Below the pieces are notes generated by a model. That model was not told the origin of the DNA. It saw nothing but the letters and a program-made list of their open reading frames with translations, and searched no databases. Shown piece by piece: positions 29,601 through 38,622 of a stretch of DNA of 42,701 nucleotides (positions within the stretch are counted from its first letter, which is position 1; the number at the start of each line of letters is the position of its first letter). This DNA is from Promethearchaeota archaeon (GTDB lineage: Archaea > Asgardarchaeota > Lokiarchaeia > Sigyniarchaeales > SOKP01), in assembly GCA_016840085.1 (NCBI GenBank), contig JAEOTA010000009.1, positions 1 to 42,701 of the forward strand. Direction: 5' to 3'. The translations under genes and the position numbers were made by a program.

Positions 29601-29897
29601 GTGATATTAATAGCTTTAAAAGATGAAGCGAAACAAGAAAGAAAAAAACTCTATTTTGATTTAATCTGCGGTACAGTCAGTGCAATATTAGCAATAGCAG
29701 GTATCATATTTTTTGCAATAGCATATGGAATTACAAATTGGGCTGGTTTTCTTACAGGACTTATTTTTTGGATATTGTATTTATTTCTTTCACTATTTCT
29801 AATTGGAGTCGGTTTATATACTAAACAACAAGAAAGAAAATATGGTATTTATACAAAAAAAAAGAAAAAAAAAGAGATAAAACCTCCTATAGTGTAA
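29601..29897 (+). CDS. Small 2-TM membrane protein with a Lys-rich tail
   Basis: Two hydrophobic helices. The called GTG lies inside an AGGTGA RBS, so the real start may be ATA 29610. Confidence 0.75.
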   Translation: MILIALKDEAKQERKKLYFDLICGTVSAILAIAGIIFFAIAYGITNWAGFLTGLIFWILYLFLSLFLIGVGLYTKQQERKYGIYTKKKKKKEIKPPIV

Positions 29898-29922
29898 TAA
29901 TAAAATAAAAAAAATTAAATTT

Positions 29923-30417
29923 TTATCTATCTGGAGCTTTTCTTCCTAACCACTTCTCATAAAACGTATCTATATCAGGTAAAAAGTTGAATATTGTTGG
30001 ATATCCTGGCGGAACAGCTTCAGTATCTAATAATGTAAAACAGTCAGGGCAATAATATTCTCTTAGTTCTTCCCATTCTGGATCTGATCCCATGTATTTA
30101 GGATAGAGCTCTTCAATCGCTTCACTTGTATCTCTAACTCTTACACGGCATTTAGTTTTCCAATTTTCTTGATAATCTCCAAATTCAAATCCACAATCGC
30201 ATTTCACAGTTCTTTGCTCATTCTTTGATACAATATAAAGGTGTTCATGTAAAGGTAAAATTATCTTTTCTTTCCACGGAACTTTTTCTTGAAGAATTTC
30301 TAACACTTTTTCAAATCTGTCAGGGTCTTTTCTTCCACTAATTATCGGTTTTAACTCATTCCAAGTTAAATCTCCATCAATTAATCTTTCTATAGTTTTT
30401 TTATCATATTTTGCCAT
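29923..30417 (-). CDS. acxC: Acetone carboxylase gamma subunit
   Basis: KDPDRF, LPLHEHLYIV, KCDCG..FGDYQENWK, REYYCPDC, PPGYP, PDIDTFYEKWLG. Confidence 0.88.
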   Translation of the reverse strand: MAKYDKKTIERLIDGDLTWNELKPIISGRKDPDRFEKVLEILQEKVPWKEKIILPLHEHLYIVSKNEQRTVKCDCGFEFGDYQENWKTKCRVRVRDTSEAIEELYPKYMGSDPEWEELREYYCPDCFTLLDTEAVPPGYPTIFNFLPDIDTFYEKWLGRKAPDR

Positions 30418-32631
30418 TTATTTCACCTCCATTTTAAAATCTTCAGGGAATTTCCAAAATTCTCGAAATTCTTTCGCCCATTTATCAGATAATTCCAAAC
30501 TTTCTGAATACATTGCATTTACATGTTCACTCAATCTATTATCTGTAATTTTTGATCTTTCTTGTTTCCAAAATTCTTCAAAAGTCATTGACTTTTCTTT
30601 TCTTTCATTTCGTAATTCTTCACGACATGTTTGAGTAGCAGTCTCATCTATAATCCATTCTCCTTTACTCTCATCATATTCTGCTACAACACCATACACT
30701 TTAAATACGATATCTTTAGTATAAATTTCATCGTCTAAGTCTTTCTTAATTAATTCAGTTTTTCTTTCTAATGGATCTCCATAACCCGGACCACCACTTT
30801 GCATATAGTAAAAAATATCAGAATTTTCAAGATTTACAGGGTAAATTGTACAATAGGGTTTACGTGTAATATCACCTTGCAAGTATTTTTCAAATTCACC
30901 ATTCTCAGGGTAAGGATCTCCCAACGGATATTCTCGTCGATTTTTAATAATCTCCTCCATATTAGTATTTTTAGCATATAAACGATAACCAGTAGCATTT
31001 GGATATCCACCATGCATACCTGCCGCACCATGAAAAACTAAACCATCTCTTGCTCCAAAAAAATCAACCTCTTTTGAATACGCTACTAAACCTATCCCTG
31101 CAAATGCAGATCCCCCTCGATATTTACCGAAACCAGCTGTATTCGGTTTTATCTTTCTTGCTAAGTAAGGAACACCTCCCTGAAAAAGCTCCCAAGTTTC
31201 TACATCACCTAGATCCGCCTCAGGATTCCACATCGCATAGCCATAATTTAATCCATCTTTCACAGCACTTGCACCCAAACCTTGCCCACTTATTTCAAAT
31301 GTTGATAATGACCATCTTTGCCCTTCAAGTGGTCCTTCAATAAAAATTCCTCCTCCTTGAATAGCATCTCCAGTTAAACCATATCCTGTAACAACTTCTT
31401 CTCGATATCCACGCGAATATACTCCATATGATAAACACTTCATCATGCCGGTGTAAGCAGGTATTAAATTTCCCCAAGGGGTCTGATATGATAAATATGG
31501 ATCTCCAGGGTTTGCCCAAGTTCCCAATGGATAATTTTTTTCAACAGCAAAATATGCTCCATCGTTTACTTTGTCACCATAGATTAAAACTTGCGTTAGC
31601 AACACCCATTGTCCACCCTCCATAGCCCCTTTACCACAATTGTATGCATTATGTTTAGCGGCATTAGCACCATCAAAAGATAAAGAAAGAGTACCATCTT
31701 CCTTAACAATAAATTCTAAGGGTTGGTTGCTAATTGCATTTATTTTGGCGATTGGTTGCCAAGCTTGTTCTTTAAAAGGAGCATCAATAAAGGATGCGGC
31801 TCTATATCTCCCAGGTATTAATCTTTCTTTCACACGTTCTAGGAAAACTCTCCTTCCCTCTTCAATCGCTTCTCTAATAAACCTTTTATAGTAATCAATT
31901 CCTTCTCTTTTAATGAAATCTATGATAGCGTCTCGTATCATTAGATCACCAGCTAATCTACATTTTTCATCTAATTCCCAATACATTGGAGTTCTGACTG
32001 ATCTTCTAGCATTTATCATATGATCTTTCCAAATTTTATCATTAGAACCAATTTTTCTACAAGTGTAATAAACACCATCGTCAAAACGTTGAATAGCCGC
32101 CACTAAGTCATGTCCAGGAGTAATTCCTCCGGTATCAATTTGATGGGTTACACCCCCTGCCCACCCAATTACTTCATCTTCCCAGAAAATAGGGATGAGT
32201 GTTTGAACATCAGTAGTATGGACATTACCACAATCTGGATCGTTATTTAGAAAAATATCACCAGGATTTATTACAGGATCATCTTCATATTCTTCACGGA
32301 TCATGAATTTAACAGCCTCACTCATGGTATGAACGTGGACTAATATCCCTGTTGATACTACTATCGAATCACCTTCAGGAGTATATAATGCAAAACATAA
32401 TTCTCCTATTTCTTTTACAATTGGCGAAGCTGCAACATGTAATGCTGTCTCTCTGGCGGAAACGAGTGCCCCTCTTAACGAAGCATAATTACGTTCAAAT
32501 CTAAAAGGATCTTCTTCTTTTAGTGTTAACTTTTCAATAGCATAATAACGTCCTGTCTCTTGAAACAATCTCTCACTTTCTTCTAACATTTCTTTTAATC
32601 TTTTTCCATTCCATCCTAATGTTTTTTCCAT
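30418..32631 (-). CDS. acxB: Acetone carboxylase alpha subunit (hydantoinase B family)
   Basis: ARETALHVAASPIV.E.GELCFALY, STGILVHVHTMS, NNDP..GNVH..D, GFGKYRGG, GGPGYGDPLER. Confidence 0.88.
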   Translation of the reverse strand: MEKTLGWNGKRLKEMLEESERLFQETGRYYAIEKLTLKEEDPFRFERNYASLRGALVSARETALHVAASPIVKEIGELCFALYTPEGDSIVVSTGILVHVHTMSEAVKFMIREEYEDDPVINPGDIFLNNDPDCGNVHTTDVQTLIPIFWEDEVIGWAGGVTHQIDTGGITPGHDLVAAIQRFDDGVYYTCRKIGSNDKIWKDHMINARRSVRTPMYWELDEKCRLAGDLMIRDAIIDFIKREGIDYYKRFIREAIEEGRRVFLERVKERLIPGRYRAASFIDAPFKEQAWQPIAKINAISNQPLEFIVKEDGTLSLSFDGANAAKHNAYNCGKGAMEGGQWVLLTQVLIYGDKVNDGAYFAVEKNYPLGTWANPGDPYLSYQTPWGNLIPAYTGMMKCLSYGVYSRGYREEVVTGYGLTGDAIQGGGIFIEGPLEGQRWSLSTFEISGQGLGASAVKDGLNYGYAMWNPEADLGDVETWELFQGGVPYLARKIKPNTAGFGKYRGGSAFAGIGLVAYSKEVDFFGARDGLVFHGAAGMHGGYPNATGYRLYAKNTNMEEIIKNRREYPLGDPYPENGEFEKYLQGDITRKPYCTIYPVNLENSDIFYYMQSGGPGYGDPLERKTELIKKDLDDEIYTKDIVFKVYGVVAEYDESKGEWIIDETATQTCREELRNERKEKSMTFEEFWKQERSKITDNRLSEHVNAMYSESLELSDKWAKEFREFWKFPEDFKMEVK

Positions 32632-32633
32632 TT

Positions 32634-34802
32634 TTATATTCCCTCCATATGGAAAATTCTATGTTTATCAAGTTTTACTCTAAAACCTGGAGGTACAACT
32701 AAAGTTGTAGCCGGTGCTTCAATAATAGCGGGACCTTGTACATGATTTCCTGAATTCAATAATTCCATCTCCCAGATTGAAGCTTCATACCACTTATTAT
32801 CCCAAAACATATTCCTTACTCCTTTAGAGGCATTACCTTTTGGATTTTTTCCACTTAGTTCATGTTGTGGTAATTTAGGTTTGGGAACAGGCACTATTCC
32901 AGTACCTATTGCTTTTGTAATATGATATCCTAGTTCAGGACTTTTTGTACCTCTTTTAAAAATTAGTTCAAAAAGATCATCATATTTCTTAGTAATTTCG
33001 TTTAACTCTGGTGAATCATAACGTTCAAGGTCAGGTGAATAGTCAATAGTTAGTTCTTCAACTGGAGATTGGACCTCTAAGTCATCTAACATACCAAAAT
33101 ATTGTAATCGCAGAGAAGGTTTGAAAATCATTTCATTAGGATCTCTCCCTTCAGCCTTAAATTCTTTAATAATATTTTCTTTTAATCCTTTCCAAGTGGA
33201 ACTGAGTATAGAAGACACAAATGCGATCATACTTCCATCAGGGGGAATAACTAGATCAACTGATTTTTCATGTCTGTATGAATGGTCTGCACATGCACAT
33301 CCGAATGCAGAAAATGCAGGAGCCCATTCTGGTATTAGAATATTCTGAAAGTTTAACCCTCTTGAATAACCAGCAACGTGGAGTGGACCCCCACCACCAA
33401 ATGAAATCAGAGTATAGTTTTTAGGAGAATATCCTAATCCCTGAATCATCCCATTTAGATGGTTTTTCATGTTAATTTCAATTAGATCTAAAGCTCCTCT
33501 AGCTGTTTTATAGGGATCAGTATTTAGAGGTTCAGCTAATTGATTTTCAATGTATCTCAAAGCCCGATCTTTATTTAATGGAATTTTTCCTCCTAGAAAG
33601 TAATCTGGATTAAGATATCCTAATATTAAACTACAATCAGTCATAGTAACAGTTTCAACACCAGACTGTTCATTACAAACTCCGATTTTATAACCAGCAC
33701 TCTCAGGTCCAAATTCAAGTCGCCCTGAAATTTCATTATATCTTACATACATCCCCGTTCCAGCACCAATGCTGTCTAAAGCAATAGCAGGAATGTTCAA
33801 AATAAACCTTCCAAGTGAACTTTCCCATTTTGTTGGTACATATCTTTCCATCACCAACCCTACATCGAAACTAGTCCCACCTACATCAGAAGAAACTAAA
33901 TTAGTTATTCCATATTTCTCAGCGATAAATTTTGTACCTATTAAACCTCCAATGGGACCAGATACCATTGTTGGTATAAGGGTTTTATGATATGGCGAGA
34001 TTGTCCCTCCATATGTAGTTAAAATTCTTAAGGGAGCCGGTATACCTTTATCTTTTAACGTTTCAGCAATCCCAATTAACTGCTTCCTTGAAGGCTCTGC
34101 TGCATATTGTTCAATTACGAGTGCATTTAACCTTGGTGTTTCACCTCGAACAGGATTATGTTCACTTGATAAAATAATAGGGATTTTATTGCCTCTTTCT
34201 TCCATTATTTGTTCAGCAATCATTCTTACTTGCAATTCGTGACTATCATTCATATATGAACATAAAAGACAAACACATATACTATCTACTCCCATATCGA
34301 GAAGTTCTTTAACAGCTTTATTAGCCTCATCTCTATAAAGAGGGATCAACTCATCACCCCAAAAATTTATCCTTCCTCTTACACCTTTTATTTGTTTCCG
34401 TGGGATAAGTGGTTCTGGATGTTCATGTTCTCTTGCATGCAATCTCCCTCCATAATCAAGCCAAATCCAACATTGTAAAGCTCGACCGAGTCTAAGTAAG
34501 TCTTCAAATCCTGCATTAATAATTACTCCTATATTGCTATTACCCTGCCGTTCTAACAGTCTGTTTACCATTGCAGTACCAGAATAGACTAATGCTTCGA
34601 TAGAATGCCCTGATTTTTCAATATTCGTATCCCATTGTTCTAAAGCGTCACTAATTGAATTTGTAATTCCTTCTGACTCATTTTCAGGAGTTGTTTGTGC
34701 TTTTCCTATTATAAAGATCCCTTCTTCATCAATAATGAACGTATCTGACATCGTTCCTCCTGTATCAAAGGCCATAGCAACTAAATTTTTTGATTTTGAC
34801 AA
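32634..34802 (-). CDS. acxA: Acetone carboxylase beta subunit (hydantoinase A family, ATP-binding)
   Basis: DTGGTMSDTF, GKAQTTP, YSGTAM.NR, SGPIGG, SDVGGTSFDV, FGGGGPLH, WAPAFSAFGCACAD. Confidence 0.88.
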   Translation of the reverse strand: MSKSKNLVAMAFDTGGTMSDTFIIDEEGIFIIGKAQTTPENESEGITNSISDALEQWDTNIEKSGHSIEALVYSGTAMVNRLLERQGNSNIGVIINAGFEDLLRLGRALQCWIWLDYGGRLHAREHEHPEPLIPRKQIKGVRGRINFWGDELIPLYRDEANKAVKELLDMGVDSICVCLLCSYMNDSHELQVRMIAEQIMEERGNKIPIILSSEHNPVRGETPRLNALVIEQYAAEPSRKQLIGIAETLKDKGIPAPLRILTTYGGTISPYHKTLIPTMVSGPIGGLIGTKFIAEKYGITNLVSSDVGGTSFDVGLVMERYVPTKWESSLGRFILNIPAIALDSIGAGTGMYVRYNEISGRLEFGPESAGYKIGVCNEQSGVETVTMTDCSLILGYLNPDYFLGGKIPLNKDRALRYIENQLAEPLNTDPYKTARGALDLIEINMKNHLNGMIQGLGYSPKNYTLISFGGGGPLHVAGYSRGLNFQNILIPEWAPAFSAFGCACADHSYRHEKSVDLVIPPDGSMIAFVSSILSSTWKGLKENIIKEFKAEGRDPNEMIFKPSLRLQYFGMLDDLEVQSPVEELTIDYSPDLERYDSPELNEITKKYDDLFELIFKRGTKSPELGYHITKAIGTGIVPVPKPKLPQHELSGKNPKGNASKGVRNMFWDNKWYEASIWEMELLNSGNHVQGPAIIEAPATTLVVPPGFRVKLDKHRIFHMEGI

Positions 34803-35016
34803 AATATCATCATCAATTTTAGTTTTTTTAAAATGTTTGATAAGTCTATTTTTTTTTAAGAGTTAATAAACCTTTTTACAATAGAATTTCGATTTATGAA
34901 AGAAATTTGAATGAAATCCGTGATGATTTTCTTAAACTCCTCAAAACCAGCCTTTTTTAAATTAAAATTCAAATTTATTTAAAATGATTTTTATCTTAAG
35001 AAGAAATGTAATAAAT

Positions 35017-36126
35017 ATGATTAACGAATTTTATGAAAAATTAGCAAACATAGCAGTAAAATATTCACTTCGCGTAAAAAAAGGACAAAGAGTATTTATT
35101 ACTGGCCCCGCATTAGCAAAAGAGCTTTTCCAGGTAATGTATATTGAAATCCTTAAAGCTGGAGGACATCCTTTCCTTCTTCCGCAAATTGAAGGTGTAC
35201 CAGAATTATATTATAAATATGCTTCTGAAGATCAATTATTATACGTAGATAAGGTCCAAAAAATGGTTATCAAGGAATTTGACCATTACATTGTAATATT
35301 GGGAGATTACAATACTCGTAAATTAAGTCAAATTAATCCTGAAATCATTTCTAAATCTCAAGGATCACCAGATAGAAGAGAACTTTTTGAAATGTTGGAA
35401 GAAAGAATGAGTAAAAAAGAGTTGGGATATCTTGTAATTCCGTTTCCAAGTAATTCTCTTGCTCAAGAAGCAAATATGGATCTATTTTCTTACATTGATT
35501 TCATAAAAAAAGCACTATTTTTAGAAAAAGTGAACCCTATTGAAGAGTGGAACAAATTACAAAAAAAACAGGATAGAATTATAGAACATCTAAATCGTAT
35601 AAAAGAAATTCATGTTATTGGAGAAGACACAGATCTTACTTTTTCTGTTGAGGGACGTATATGGAAGAATAGTGCAGGGAATGCAAATTTACCTGATGGT
35701 GAAGTATATACAAGCCCACATGAAGATTCAGCTAATGGCCATATTAGATTTACCTATCCTGGGATATTTCAAGGAAAAGAAATTGAAAATATATTCTTGA
35801 GGTTTAAAGAAGGAAAAGTTATTGAAGCAAAGGCACAAAAGGGCGAAGATTTACTTCAAGAAATCCTTAAAATTGAAAATGCAAATAAAATTGGGGAATT
35901 CGCTGTTGGCAACAACTATGGTATCACCAAATTTACTAAAAATATGTTATTTGATGAAAAAATTGGGGGAACATTACATTTCGCTCTAGGTTTGGGTTTT
36001 ATAGAATGTGGTTCTGAAAATAAATCAGCAATTCATTGGGATATTTTGAAAGATATGAAACAACCAGGATCTAAAATTTTAGCTGATGGAAAAGTCATTT
36101 ATGAAGAGGGACAATGGAAAATTTAA
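35017..36126 (+). CDS. Peptidase M29 (aminopeptidase T/II family)
   Basis: NLPDGEVYTSP, IGEFAVG, LFDEKIGGTLHFALG, NKSAIHWD. Start set at ATG 35017. Confidence 0.92.
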   Translation: MINEFYEKLANIAVKYSLRVKKGQRVFITGPALAKELFQVMYIEILKAGGHPFLLPQIEGVPELYYKYASEDQLLYVDKVQKMVIKEFDHYIVILGDYNTRKLSQINPEIISKSQGSPDRRELFEMLEERMSKKELGYLVIPFPSNSLAQEANMDLFSYIDFIKKALFLEKVNPIEEWNKLQKKQDRIIEHLNRIKEIHVIGEDTDLTFSVEGRIWKNSAGNANLPDGEVYTSPHEDSANGHIRFTYPGIFQGKEIENIFLRFKEGKVIEAKAQKGEDLLQEILKIENANKIGEFAVGNNYGITKFTKNMLFDEKIGGTLHFALGLGFIECGSENKSAIHWDILKDMKQPGSKILADGKVIYEEGQWKI

Positions 36127-36178
36127 CAATCTTTCGATTATATAAAAAAAAGTATCGCATAACCATTATATAAAAAAA

Positions 36179-36201
36179 GGAAAAGTTTTATATACACTTT
36201 T
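36179..36201 (+). promoter_or_regulatory. Candidate BRE/TATA promoter inside a short inverted repeat
   Basis: GGAAAAG followed by TTTTATATA; AAAAGT(36181-86)/ACTTTT(36196-201) bracket the TATA box. Confidence 0.4.
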
Positions 36202-36228
36202 GTCTTATTATTTCTCTGCAGTTATAAT

Positions 36229-36388
36229 TGTTTTCCCCTAAAAAATGGGGTGATATATAGACCAGAACGTATATTCACTGTATTGAAGAGGTAAATGGAT
36301 GCATTGACCTTAAAAATTAGTACATGTGATACACGAAACGGGAAAAACATCTGTTATTCCATTAAAAAAATTATTCTATTATCACCCC
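36229..36388 (+). ncRNA. Candidate structured non-coding RNA or MITE-like element, family unknown
   Basis: Several nested stems plus a 14-bp alternative pairing GGGGTGATA-T-ATAGA / TCTAT-TATCACCCC. Lies downstream of a TATA-like motif and upstream of T-runs. Confidence 0.35.
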
Positions 36389-36437
36389 TCCTAAACCAAT
36401 ATTTTTGTTTTGATTTTGAATTTTTATATGAATTATG

Positions 36438-37064
36438 TTATTTAAGAACTTTTCCAGTCTCAGAATACCATAAAAATAAGTCTAATTCATCTAAATTTAG
36501 GTTTAGTTTTTTTCCAATAGTCCTTAAAATATTTTCTATTTCTAAATATTTCCTTTTAGTAAGGGTTTTCGGCTTTTCAATTATTTTGAAATTTACTAAA
36601 GTATCAATAATATGAAAATCTAGTATAGCATAATCGGTATATCCGATATTTCTTAAGAAATGACTTGCCTCCTTATATCCAAGTCCTTTAATATTTTTAA
36701 CAATCCACTCCCTCAGTTCATTTGTGCCTATATTATCTTTTATCATTATATCTAAATCTTCTTTATGTTTTCTCGCTTCTAAAATATATTTTGCACGAAT
36801 ATTTGGAAAACGATATTTATTTTCCTTGAATTCCCGTGCCAATTGCTCTTCAGATAAAGTTAAAAATCCATCATCTATTATCTCATGGACCTCGATACAT
36901 CTCTCAGCACTACAATTCGCCGTCATGATACAAAAACACATCTCTTTGTAGATGCTATCAATTGACCCCTGCTGTAGTGTTTTAAATTCATGTAATCGTT
37001 GTGAAATTAATTCACTTATGGGACTATTCTTAAGGTGTTCAATAGTATTGAGTAAAGTTTGCAT
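36438..37064 (-). CDS. ogg: 8-oxoguanine DNA glycosylase/AP lyase (Ogg2 type)
   Basis: EMCFCIMTAN, YRFPNIRAKYI, HhH IKGLGYKEASHFLRNIG, AILDFHI, LDLFLWY.ETGKVLK. Confidence 0.93.
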   Translation of the reverse strand: MQTLLNTIEHLKNSPISELISQRLHEFKTLQQGSIDSIYKEMCFCIMTANCSAERCIEVHEIIDDGFLTLSEEQLAREFKENKYRFPNIRAKYILEARKHKEDLDIMIKDNIGTNELREWIVKNIKGLGYKEASHFLRNIGYTDYAILDFHIIDTLVNFKIIEKPKTLTKRKYLEIENILRTIGKKLNLNLDELDLFLWYSETGKVLK

Positions 37065-37177
37065 ATGTTCTTAAAAAAGTACGATTACTTATATTTGAAA
37101 TGCTTAATTTTTCTAAGGGTAAATCAAGTTAAAATCTTTAATTTAGTCAAAATTGTAAAATCGCTATTTCTATCAAC

Positions 37178-37198
37178 AAGAAGGTAAACTACCTTCTT
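37178..37198. promoter_or_regulatory. Perfect 9-3-9 palindrome, candidate transcription-factor site
   Basis: AAGAAGGTA-AAC-TACCTTCTT between divergent ogg and the 37469 ORF. Confidence 0.45.
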
Positions 37199-37468
37199 AG
37201 ATTTTTAACTTTTCTAAATGTAATGATATCTACATATTATAATAGAAAATAATATACATAAAAAAATTATAAACCAATTATCAAAAAAATTTTACACACA
37301 AATATCAATCTTTAAAAAGAATTTGATTTATAGGCTTTACGGGTATCTTATTATAAAGAAAACATATAAATGTGCGGAATACCATAACAAAAAATCGGTT
37401 AAATCAACGAATTTAAAAATAAATTTTTAGTTTAAATAATTAGGGTTTAAAAATTAGTCAACACGAAG

Positions 37469-37783
37469 ATGAAAATTAATAATAAATGCGATGAATTTGA
37501 ATTAGATTGTTATCTAAAAATTATAGATTTTTTTCAAAATAAAAACGTTAATAAAGAGAAAACAGAAATCTGGAAAAGTCATTCATTAATAGAATTGATG
37601 AACTTTTTGGACCGTTCAAAAAATAAGAATTTAGTTGCTAATGCAATAGTTTTAATTTTATCGTTATTTGAAGATATCCCTCCGGATACTTATAATAATC
37701 GTGGGGTTGATATTAATCGGATAAATGAAAAAGATCGAAGATCTTTGATCTCAGAATTAAAGGATGAATTCTTACCTAATTAA
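37469..37783 (+). CDS. Hypothetical protein
   Basis: 104-codon ATG ORF, non-overlapping, typical composition. Confidence 0.7.
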   Translation: MKINNKCDEFELDCYLKIIDFFQNKNVNKEKTEIWKSHSLIELMNFLDRSKNKNLVANAIVLILSLFEDIPPDTYNNRGVDINRINEKDRRSLISELKDEFLPN

Positions 37784-37876
37784 AATAGTAATTTTGTCGT
37801 ATATTTGGTCTTATCTATTTTTAACTCTTTTAAAATGTCACAATTATTTAAATTCATGAAATTTCATTTCTAATAC

Positions 37877-37939
37877 ATAGGTATGGGATTTAAAGAAACC
37901 GGTTCGAAAAATCAATCAGCAATTCATTGGGATATTTTT
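37877..37939 (+). pseudogene. Fragment of a second M29 aminopeptidase gene
   Basis: IGMGFKETGSKNQSAIHWDIF versus LGLGFIECGSENKSAIHWDIL; identical 25-mer at 36023-36047 and 37914-37938. Confidence 0.8.
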
Positions 37940-38018
37940 GATCATAAAATAATTATACCATTCAATTTATAACTTCTCTCCTGTTTCAACCCAAATTATA
38001 TTAAATTTTTTTTTCTCA

Positions 38019-38618
38019 ATGGAAAAGAAAAAAGATTTTAGGTTTGAATGTATTCGATGTGGAAAATGTTGCACAGATAAGAATACTTTAGTAAATCTCA
38101 CATATTTGGATATATTAAGAATCAAAAACGGTTTAAATTTAGATTTAAAGGAAGTTCTTGAAATTGTAGGATTCTATATCTATGAGAAAAAATTAACCAC
38201 TAAAGAATTAAATAGGATGGTTATTTCGCCATTAGAAACTGAAAGGGGTCCCGCTTTCATAGGGCTTATTAAAGATAAAAGAGGTTTTTGTTGTTTTTAT
38301 GACGAAAAAAATAGTAAATGTTTAATATATGCTTTAAGACCACTGTTTTGTAGAACGTTCCCTTTTTCATTTACATATTCCTCAAATGAAGAAATTAAGG
38401 AAATAGAACTATTTTATACTGAAAAAGGGAAACAGTATTGTCCAGGTATTGGCTCTGAAGCGCCTATTATCAATCTAGATGATTGGATTGAATTAGGCAA
38501 TAAAACAATTAAAGAATTAAATAAAAATTATATATTTATTGCAAAATGGAATAAATCTGTTAAAAATAGGCAGATTATTCCCTCTATTAAAACTTTTCTT
38601 CTAAATATCTTAAATTAG
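38019..38618 (+). CDS. YkgJ-family cysteine cluster protein
   Basis: FECIRCGKCC, CCFYD...CLIYALRPLFCRTFPF, CPGIG. Confidence 0.88.
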   Translation: MEKKKDFRFECIRCGKCCTDKNTLVNLTYLDILRIKNGLNLDLKEVLEIVGFYIYEKKLTTKELNRMVISPLETERGPAFIGLIKDKRGFCCFYDEKNSKCLIYALRPLFCRTFPFSFTYSSNEEIKEIELFYTEKGKQYCPGIGSEAPIINLDDWIELGNKTIKELNKNYIFIAKWNKSVKNRQIIPSIKTFLLNILN

Positions 38619-38622
38619 AAAA

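Noticed and set aside
36257-36313. Tiny ATA-started peptide with two TGA codons after an SD-like motif
   Set aside because: 18 codons, non-standard start, no SECIS core and no recognisable homology; expected by chance.
36295-36615. 106-aa plus-strand ORF
   Set aside because: More than half is antisense to ogg, with F/S/I-rich shadow composition and no motif.
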